From positions 248,001-312,000 of the forward strand of contig JANHCV010000014.1 of assembly GCA_025594325.1 (NCBI GenBank): a stretch of DNA of 64,000 bases. The letters are read 5' to 3'. Made by a program: the position numbers and the translations under genes. Below are positions 55,468 through 64,000 of this stretch, in pieces. The notes under the pieces are model-generated. The model saw nothing but the letters and a program-made list of their open reading frames with translations. It was not told the DNA's origin and made no database searches. Source of the DNA: Blastocladiella emersonii ATCC 22665. Lineage: Eukaryota; Fungi; Blastocladiomycota. Every line of letters begins with the position of its first letter. Within the stretch, counting starts at the first letter, position 1.

Positions 55468-58377
55468 TCAGATATAAAACTCTGGACTCTCGAGCCGCCC
55501 GCGACCCTCGACCCTGCCCGGCGCCCCGTCCGCGGGCGGGAACAGGAGGTACTTGTACGCGGCGAGGAGGAGGTCCTTCATCGCGGGCCACGCCATGACG
55601 TGCTGCGTGCGCTCCACGGTGCCCGACAGGTACTCCTTGCGCATCAGAGGGAACCGGATGAGGCGCACCAGCTCCGTCATGGCCACCTGGTGCTCGGCCG
55701 TCGCCGCCTGCGACCACTGCAGCGGCCACCCGCCGCCACTGGCGCCGCCGGCGCGGGGTGAGCCGAGCGGGTCGAACGGCGCCCTGAGCGGCGACGTGGC
55801 AACCGACACGAGCGACGCGGGCGGCGGCGGGTGGTGGGTAAAGGCGGAGGTGCCGGTCAGCGGGCTCGTGTTGCCGCGGCCCGACGTCGACGCGAACCGG
55901 CCGCCACCGCTGGTGCTGCCGCCAAACCCGCTCGACGCCGTCGACCCGAACCCGAGCGCCGAGTCGCCGACGCTCCCCGCGGCGCTCCCGCCCGTCCCCG
56001 TCCCCGTCCCCGCCGCGGACGTGCGCGCAGGCGCCGAGTGCAGGCGGTCATGCGGGAACTGGCCCGTCGGCGCGGACGGCTGCTGTGCCGTCGCCGCCGC
56101 CGCGGAACCGGGAGCCGCCACCTGCGCGTGCGGCGGTGGGCGCAAAGGGCCCTCGAAATCGAGCATCGGGTCGTCCGCGAGGAACGCGTCGAGCGCCGAC
56201 TCAGCCGCGAGGGCGGACGGCGACCCCGCGGCCGCTGCGCCCGCGTCGTCCTGCGTCTCGCCGCCACCGCCGCCCGCGTCGAGCTCGGTCGGGACGTGCT
56301 GCGTCGGCAACCCCGCGTGCTCGACGTCGACGTCGAGGGACGGCAGGTCGGGCTGCGGGAACACGGGCGAGTGGACCCCACCGTGCTGCGCTCCCGCCGT
56401 GGCCGTTGGGAACGGGCCCCACGGCGACGCGGGCGCGGCGCCGAACCCGGCCGCGCCGCCGCCCGTCTCGTGGACGAGGGTACCGGGGATCGCGAGCGGG
56501 TGCGTGCTACGCGTACGAGCGCCGGCGCTGCCGTCTTCGAAGCGGGCTGCGACCCACTCGGCGAAAAAGTCGAACACGCGCTCCTCGGACTCGACGTTGA
56601 GGCGGTCCGCCGACAGGATGGCGCGCATCAGGTCGAGCGTGATTCCGGCGATGCCCTCCTTGGCCTGCTGCAGCGACGCGAGGGAGGACGGGTCGTGCAG
56701 GAAGTCGCCGCCGCCGGCCGACGTGGCGACGGACGCGTGGCGCGACCGCGCGGGCCGGGCGTGCGCGGATGTGCTGCCGCCCGTCGCGACGCGGTGATGG
56801 TGATGGATGAGCGGGGACCGCGCGGGCGACCCGACCACGTTCTCCCCGCCGCCGGCGCCGGCGCCGCCCGCGAACATGAGCAGCGACGAGCTCGCCCGCG
56901 ACTCGCGGACGAGCAGGGTGCATAGGCGGTCAAAGTGGCCGGCGATATACGCGAACGCGCGCATCTCCGTCGCCGCACAGTGGAACCGCCGCGCGAGCTC
57001 CCACACCTGCCAGACGTTGTGGTCGGTGACGTGGAGGCGGACGGCGCGCATGAGGACGGGCGCCCACGCGTTGACCTGGAACCGCTCGGCGGTCTCGAGG
57101 CACGCCTCGAGCTCAGGCAGCGTGAGCGAGGGGAGGATCGATGTCGACGACGGCTGCCGGTACATCCACCCGAGCATGTACTCGAAGGCGACCGGGTCGA
57201 CGTGCAGGATCCGGACGCCGCGGTGCGCGGCTGCGCTCGCGTCGGCGAACTGCGACGAGAAGAGCGCCGCAAAGTACGGGGATTGCGCGGCGAGGAGCGA
57301 GCGGAGCACGGGGAACACGACGGGGACCTCGCGCTCGTCCCAGCTGACGTGCAGGAAAGCGTCTAGTCGTGATGAATCGAGCGATCAGTGACGGTTCAAT
57401 GGAGTGAGAGCACTGGGTGCGCGTACCCGCGAACGCCTCGGACTTGAACAGCGCGTCGAGCGGCGACGGCGACACGATCTCGGGGTCGTCGACCGTGGCC
57501 AGGATCGTGAACCGCACGCCGACGTAGATGGCTACTCGCGCACGACGTCAAGCCCCGCTCACTTCCTCTGCACCAACCCGTCCGCGTCGCGTACCATCAT
57601 CCTTGATCAGCGGCGCGACCTGGCCGAGCGTCAGCAGCGTCTCCTCGCCCCACGTCGGGTGCACTACGCGCCGCGCGCGCGTTAGCGACCGCGGTCCACG
57701 GCCACCGTCCCGCTCACGTACGCGAGGAGAACCAGACGGGCCGCTCGTGGCGCATGTACCCGGCGAGCCGCGTGTCGTTGGGGCTGCCGATCATGAAGGT
57801 GATCTGGATCTTCTTCTTGACCGCGTTCATGGGCACGTCGCACCCGAGGTACAGCGAGAGGACCTGGTGGCGGCGGCCGCGGCGCGGCGGTCAGATCCAC
57901 CCGCGATGCGAGCGAGCACAAAATGACGTACGTTCGGGTTCCGCGGGCGGCCCTTGTACACCTTGAGCGTCCACGGCAGCGCGTCGGCGCGGAACACGGG
58001 CGACCGGTACTCGGCGAGCGGCGACAGCTGCGACCACGGCTCGACCTTCCAGCTACACGTCCCCTCCTGCATCAGCACCATCCCGCTCTCCCACCCGACC
58101 CCCGCATCGCGTACCGGTACGTATACTCGAGATCGTGCTCCCACCGCTCAAACTCGCCGGCGCCGCCCACGCCCGCGGCGCCGCTGACACGCGACGCAGC
58201 GAACGACGACGCGGCGCTGAGCGACGATCCGGACGACCCCGCGGTCGGCGGCAGGCTCGGGAACACGGTGGCCGAGCTGCCGTTGCCGCCGACGCCGCCG
58301 CCGAACCCGGGCCCCGGCCCATGGTGCATAGTTGGGACCTGGTCTGTGGTCATGGCGCGGCGGAGTTGCGGCCACAT
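55468..58377 (-). CDS. MATH-BTB(-BACK) protein, SPOP-like Cullin-3 adaptor, multi-exon
   Basis: MATH: TCSWKVEPWSQL..YRSPVFRADALPWTLKVY, LSLYLGC, PTWGEETLL..LIKDD..IYVGVRF. BTB: LFKSEAFADAFLHVSW..FPVLRSLLAAQSPYFAALF..VDPVAFEYMLGWMY. BACK: NVESEERVFDFFAEWV, LVRLIRFPLM. Several short GTACG..AG introns (e.g. 57363-57426). Confidence 0.88.
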
Positions 58378-59081
58378 TGTGTTGCGTTGCGGTCGGTCGA
58401 TGCGTTCAGTCGGTGCGTGCCCTGGAGGCGATGGAGAAGGCGGATCGGAGGAAGCGAGAGCGAGAGCAGCGGGGTGGGGGTGCGGCGAGGTGAGGGGAGA
58501 TGAGCGCGAACCGCGCGGCCGGCGGCCGACGCGTCGCGCCCACGCGCGTTCTCCAGCCACGCGCCGCTCGCCGATCAGCCTCCGCATCACAGCTGCTCGC
58601 ACACCTAAAAACGACGCTCAAGACCTACGACGAGACCGAAGACCGAGGACGACACTCTGGACGACACTCAAGATCGAGGAAGACGGTCGAGAGACAAGCA
58701 ACAGACATGAGAGTGAGGTAATCCAACGTCGGGCCTGACGGCACAAGGTCGAGTATATTTTGGGGATTTTTGTTAGTCTCGGCTCGTTGCCTTGACACCA
58801 CGGCGAAAGGGGAGGGAGAGGGGAGGGTAGGGCGAGGCTGGTGCAGGGGCAAAAGGATCCAGGAGGGACCTCTACCCAGACGGCAAAGAGGTGCGAGAGA
58901 GAGAGAAGGGGGGAGAGAAAGGTGGTGATAAGTAAAAAAAGGGCCGGACGAATGTCGGAGGCTTCTATTGACGACAGCACTCCGTCACTCGACGAGCACC
59001 AACCACGGTGAGGCGGTCAGTGGTACGACGGGCGAGCGGGGCGAAGGCGGCAGGTCGAGGAAGCGCGGCGACACTTTTCCC

Positions 59082-59586
59082 TTAGTATCTCTTCTTGTTG
59101 TCGGTCTTCTGGAGGAACTCCGAGAACTCGTGGAAGGGCGACTTGGTGAAGGTGGCCGTGGGCCAGAGGTCGGGCGTGAGGAACGCGTACGTGTTGCCGA
59201 TGGCGGCGAACGTGGCCTTGACGAAGTTGCCGAGGGTGCGGGTCGAGCCGCGGGCCGACGTGTAGCAGTCAGTGACACCGGCGAGCTGGAGCAGCTTCTT
59301 GGGGACCGGGGCGGCGACGATGCCGGTACCGCGGGGGGCGGGCACGAGGCGGGTGACGACCGAGCCGCACTTGCCGGTGACCTTGGCGGGGACCGTGTGG
59401 GGCTCACCGAGGATGGTACCCCAGTAGCCGCGACGGACGGGGATGATCGAGAGCTTGGCCAGGACGATGGCACCGCGGATGGCGGTGGCAACCTCCTTGG
59501 AGCACTTGACGCCGAGGCCGACGTGGCCGTTCGAGTCGCCAATGACGACGAAGGCCTTGAAGCGGGTGCGCTGACCGGCGCGGGTC

Positions 59587-59621
<35 letters not shown>

Positions 59622-59974
59622 CTTGAGGCCGCGGAGGAAGAAGTCGATGATCTGGTACTCCTTGATGGGGAGCGAGAACAGGTACACCTGCTCAATCGAC
59701 TTGATCTTGTTCTCCTTGACGAGACGGCCGAGCTTGGTGACGGGGACCCAGTCCTTCTCCTCGTCCTTGCGGCCACCGCGAGCGGCGCCACCACGGCCGC
59801 GACCGCGACCACCAGCACCACGGCCGCGGCCGCCAGCAGCGGCACCACGGCCAAAGCCACCACGAGGGGCTGTTCAGGAGCGAGGGGAGCGGGCGTGAGT
59901 GGGACGGTCAAGTGGCGAGTCACAGCCGAAGAAAACGCACCAGAGTTACGATCGGCCGGCGCAGAGTCAGCCAT
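59082..59974 (-). CDS. RPS2: 40S ribosomal protein S2 (uS5), 2 exons (intron 59870-59940)
   Basis: RGG-rich N-terminus, [58 protein letters not shown]; 273 aa after splicing. Confidence 0.97.
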
Positions 59975-61513
59975 TTGCTGTAATCGAGTGGGAGGTGATC
60001 GGGAACGGGCAGGGCAGCACGAGGTCAGTCTAGCTGCGCAACCAGAAACCGGTCGCTAACGACGGCGCCCGCGCAGCGGTGCGGAGTGGTTAACGAGCCG
60101 AAGAGCACGAGATGGAGAGGCGAGGGAAGGAATGGTATAGCGTAGCCGAGTCGGTGGGCGACAGCACGGTGGTTGGCGAGAATTTTCCAGAACCGCACCG
60201 GTCGGGACGGGCGGACGGCTGTGGCGCAGCAAAATCCGAACCAAAGAACCGTCCCGTGCCGGGCAGCGTCTAGCCAGGCTGACCGCTCTGAGTGAGGCGT
60301 CCGTGAAGGACGGGTAGCTCGCCGCACAAGCCGTCCAGGACGGACTGGCAGGGGGCAAGCGAGGCAGGGCGGCGGCGAGACGCGAGCGGCGAGGCATCGT
60401 ACGCTGTCGGGAGCGCCGACGAGTCGCCGGTTGCGCCAAGAGGCTGTGGGCAGTACTTTTCGGTCACGGTGCGTGCGCGTCGGCGGCGCCGGTTCGTCGG
60501 GCAAGTGGATGGTTCAGCGTGGCATCCCGGCATCCAGCCCTCCCCAGGCGGCCGCGCAGCGCACGCGCAGTCAGCGTCTCTGCGGTCAGAGGCACACACG
60601 TCGGTGCCGCGGCGCAGGGGGCCGCGGTCGAGGCGGCAAACGAGTTTCGAGGTCACAGGCGGCGCTCCCGAGGCTGGCGGGGTGGAGCGCATCGCCGTGG
60701 CGTGACAGTTTTTCGGCCCGGCACCGCGCGGCATGGTCGAGGCACTCGAGGTGACACTCGCATCCCATCCGCAGCGGTCGGCGTTTTCCGAGGATTTACA
60801 TCGAGTCGTTTGCATGCATTGCGAGTGTGGTGCGTGGGAATCGGCCAAACGCGTGCTGGCCACGACCGGGAGCGAAGTGGTCGGCGGGCGGGCGGCGAAT
60901 GACCGTACGTCGTTATGTCGGGGGTTGAGACTCGACAATTCGAAAGGAGGGGGGCTGAAATACCTGTGCGAGCGTAATGAGAGAGCGGGGGCGGCAGCGC
61001 GGCAGCACGGGGGGTCGGCGGGCAGGACGGCGGGCAGGGCAGCCTACGCCACACGGAGCGGCCACACGTGGGCTTGCCAGCGCTTTCAACCTCCTCCTCC
61101 TGCCGATCCTGCTTCGCCACCCTAGCCTTCGTAGTCGTCGTCTTGGCCTGCTCCAGCGATGAGCTAAATATGCGGACATGGCGAGGGAGACGACAGGAAG
61201 TCGTGAGGCCAACGTGATCGTGCTCACCTCCTCCCGGCGAACCTACCCCGGGAGATCGCTCCGCCGACCGATGGTGATCATCGTGGTCGACTCTGTGTGA
61301 GGAGAGCCTTGCTGTGCTCAAGACGCGTTTCCTCGGCGAGCACGGGACCTTGGGGAGCGGAGATGGCGGCGGTGGCCGATCTCGAGTGTCGAGTGCTGAC
61401 GTTGCTCGCGTCGCTTGAGCTCGCTGCCCCTCTCGAAGCGGACCACGATCCCAGCCCATGCAACCTCCCGCGGACAGCTAACCTGCCGCAACGTTATCAC
61501 CGCCACGACGAAC

Positions 61514-62490
61514 ATGTCTTCTGCATCGCTGCGCACCCTGGTCCGCGGCGCGACCCGCGCGGCCGTCCGGGTACGGCAGCGCACTTGGGCGACCCGCCTC
61601 AAGTCTTGCATGCTGAACCAGGCGGAACTCTGCATGTGTAGACGCCCGTTACCCGCACCCCGATCCGCGCGCTGAGCTCGACCCCCATCCTGCGCGCGGC
61701 CGACGCGCCGCAGCCGCCCGCCCCGCGCAAGGGCGCGACGCCGTACACGGCCAAGTCGCGCGAGTACGAGGCGGCGGGCGAAGCGGCGACCTCCTCCTCC
61801 ATCTTTGCGCGGTTCATCACGCCCGCGGTGGCGAAGCGTCTGGCGCCCGTGTTCGGTCTGCAGTCCAAGGCGCAGACGCACCAGCGCGAGACGCTGTACA
61901 TGTACGAGCGGTGCAGTGCCGCGGCGAACGCGCACCTCGACTGGCTGATCCGCGACGTGGGCCTGCCCGACACGTTCCAGACGTGGTTCGGCGTGACACA
62001 GGTGCACGTGTGGATGGCCATGGTGCGTCTGCGCGGCGAGGGTCCCGCGGGCAAGGACGCGATCCAGGGGCTGGTGAGCCACCTGTTCCGCGACATGGAG
62101 GACCGGCTGTGGGCCATGGGCATCCGCAAGAACGCGATCGTCGACCGCTCGCTCAAGGAGTTCCTGTCCATCTTCTACGGCGGCATCATGTCGTACGACG
62201 AGGCCCTGGTGCACTCGGACGCCCTGCTGGCCTCGGCCCTGTGGCGCAACCTGTTCCAGTCGCAGGCCGACCCGCAGCACCTCGCCGAGTTTGTCGCCGT
62301 CGTCCGCAAGGAGCTCGCGCATCTCGAGACGGTCGACGCCGAGACCGTGCTCGCTGGCCGGTTCCACTTCCTCAACGAGGCCACCGCCGCCCCCGCGTCG
62401 TCGTCGGTCGCGTCGGGCACGATCGACGACTCGAAGCCGCTCTCGCCCGACGAGATGCGCGCCCTGCAGCAGCACCTCGGCGGCCTCTAA
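61514..62490 (+). CDS. CBP3: Ubiquinol-cytochrome c reductase chaperone CBP3/UQCC1 (intron 61571-61641)
   Basis: GLPDTFQTWFGVTQVHVWMAMVRLR..DMEDRL..FYGGIMSYDEAL..DALLASALWRNLF; Arg/Ala-rich mitochondrial-type presequence in exon 1. Confidence 0.92.
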
Positions 62491-62773
62491 GGTTTTGTGC
62501 GATGTCGGCCGTCCGGCCCGAGCTCTCTCCTTCAGTCCCGAGTATTTTCTAGATATATTTCTCATGTCCCTGTTTGACCTACCTGCCGAGTGAGCGAGCC
62601 GAGCCATCCCGCCCCACACACGCTCAGGGGGCCGCGGCTCGGACTTGGCCGTCGCGCGGATTCACCTCGTCCGACCCCCTCCCTCTCCAACTCCCGCACC
62701 ACCCCAACGCCAACCCATGAATCTTGCCCGCTAGTCGCTGCAACGTCATCGCCGTGCACGCACACGCTACACC

Positions 62774-64000
62774 ATGACGATCCCGGGCCCGCCGCCGCCA
62801 GCACCACCACCTTTGTCGTCGTCCGCCCCACCACCCATGGGCACCCAGCTGCTGTCCCAGTCGCAACCCGATGTCTCGGCGAGCCAGCCCGCCAGCACCG
62901 CCGCCGCGCCGCGCCCGCTCGCGCAGCCCGCCAAGTACGTGCCCGACAGCCGGCACACGGCGCTGTACGGCATGTTCGGCGCGCGCGGGTGGATCGAGAA
63001 GCGCCAGCGGCTGGTCATCACGCAGATGGTGCTGCGCGACTTCAAGTCGTACGCGGGCGTGCAGACCATTGGGCCGTTCCACAAGGTGCGTCGCGTCCCC
63101 GCTTCCCGCGCACCCACGCCCGCTCACACTCCCCACCCAACGTAGTCCTTCACCGCGATCGTTGGCCCGAACGGTTCGGGGAAATCGAATGTCATCGACG
63201 CGCTGCTGTTCGTGTTCGGGTACCGCGCGTCCAAGATGCGCCAGTCCAAGATCGGCCACCTGATCCACAAGTCCGAGGCGTTCCCGGACCTGCCGCAGTG
63301 TTCGGTCGAGATCCACTTCCAGGAGATTCTCGAGGAGGGCGGCGACACCACGCCCGTGCCCGGTACGCAGCTGGTCGTGTCGCGGTCGGCCACGCGCAAC
63401 CACCAGTCGCGCTACTTTCTCGACGGCACCCCGAGCACCTACGCCGAGATCACCTCGCTGCTCAAGGGCAAGGGCATCGACCTCGACCACAACCGGTTCC
63501 TGATCCTGCAGGGCGAGGTCGAGTCGATTGCGCAGATGAAGGCCAAGGCCGCCACCGAGCACGACGAAGGTCTGCTCGAGTACCTCGAGGACATTATCGG
63601 CACCTCGCAGTTCAAGGAGCCCATCGAGACGGCCACCCGCGAGCTCGAGGTCCTCCAGGAACGCCGCAACGAGAAACTCGCGCGCGTGCGGCTCATCGAG
63701 CACGAGCTCACGCGGCTCGAGGACGGCAAGGCCGCCGCCGAGGCGTACCTGGGCAAGGAGAACCGCCTGCGCCAGTACCAGGGCAAGCTGTACCGCCACC
63801 ACCGCAAGCGCCACGCCAATTCGTTGGACGTCGCCCGCCAGGCCGTCGCCGAAGCGCGCCGCCGCATTGAGAAGCTCGACGCCGAGCACAACGCACCCGA
63901 GCAGCAGACCCGCAAGGCCGGCCTCGAGCGCGCGGTCCAGGCCGCGACCCAAGCCCTCGCTGCGGCCCGCAAACGCGTCGACCCGCTCGCCGCCGAGCTC
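62774..64000 (+). CDS. SMC4: Condensin subunit SMC4, 5' part (intron 63086-63145; runs off the window)
   Basis: RLVITQMVLRDFKSYAGVQTIGPFHK|SFTAIVGPNGSGKSNVIDALLFVFGYRASKMRQ (Walker A), LKGKGIDLDHNRFLILQGEVESIAQMK. Confidence 0.95.

Noticed and set aside
3503-56445. Endogenous herpes-like or giant virus, or a large transposon (Starship/Polinton type)
   Set aside because: No capsid, polymerase, ATPase, integrase or tyrosine recombinase recognised. The ends cut through host genes, genes carry host-type introns, and no target-site duplication is seen. Only the geometry is herpes-like.
60060-61500. ORFs between RPS2 and CBP3
   Set aside because: Divergent promoter region with Arg/Pro/Ala-rich spurious frames.
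1-64000. tRNA or rRNA genes
   Set aside because: No cloverleaf or T-loop context found around GTTCGA-like words, and no rRNA-like sequence.

Overview
GC-rich, intron-containing eukaryotic chromosome segment. The gene set and short GT(A/G)CG..CTRAC..YAG introns indicate a fungus; an early-diverging lineage is plausible but inferred. Ordinary housekeeping genes sit at both ends: a PUB1/TIA-1-like RRM protein and alkaline phosphatase on the left, and a MATH-BTB protein, RPS2, CBP3 and SMC4 on the right. Between them lies a ~53 kb rearranged island laid out as A-X-A'-B'-Y-B. Two abutting large inverted repeats (arms 3523-7482/20555-24514, about 3.96 kb, and 26524-30921/49505-53902, about 4.40 kb) appear identical and indel-free, yet each grades into older diverged homology at its ends. 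The internal A'B' block is the reverse complement of a head-to-tail join of the island's two ends, which fall inside the phosphatase gene and inside the MATH-BTB gene. The unique spacers X (13 kb) and Y (18.6 kb) are lower in GC and hold three paralogous families of F-box-like proteins, a BTB gene and two DUF4470-like genes, many disrupted by single stops or frameshifts. Several unrelated genes in the island share a 23-bp upstream motif, GAGACGCGTCG-N6-CACGTG. No transposase, recombinase, viral hallmark gene, tRNA/rRNA or CRISPR array was recognised. All domain calls are by eye; no database search was possible.
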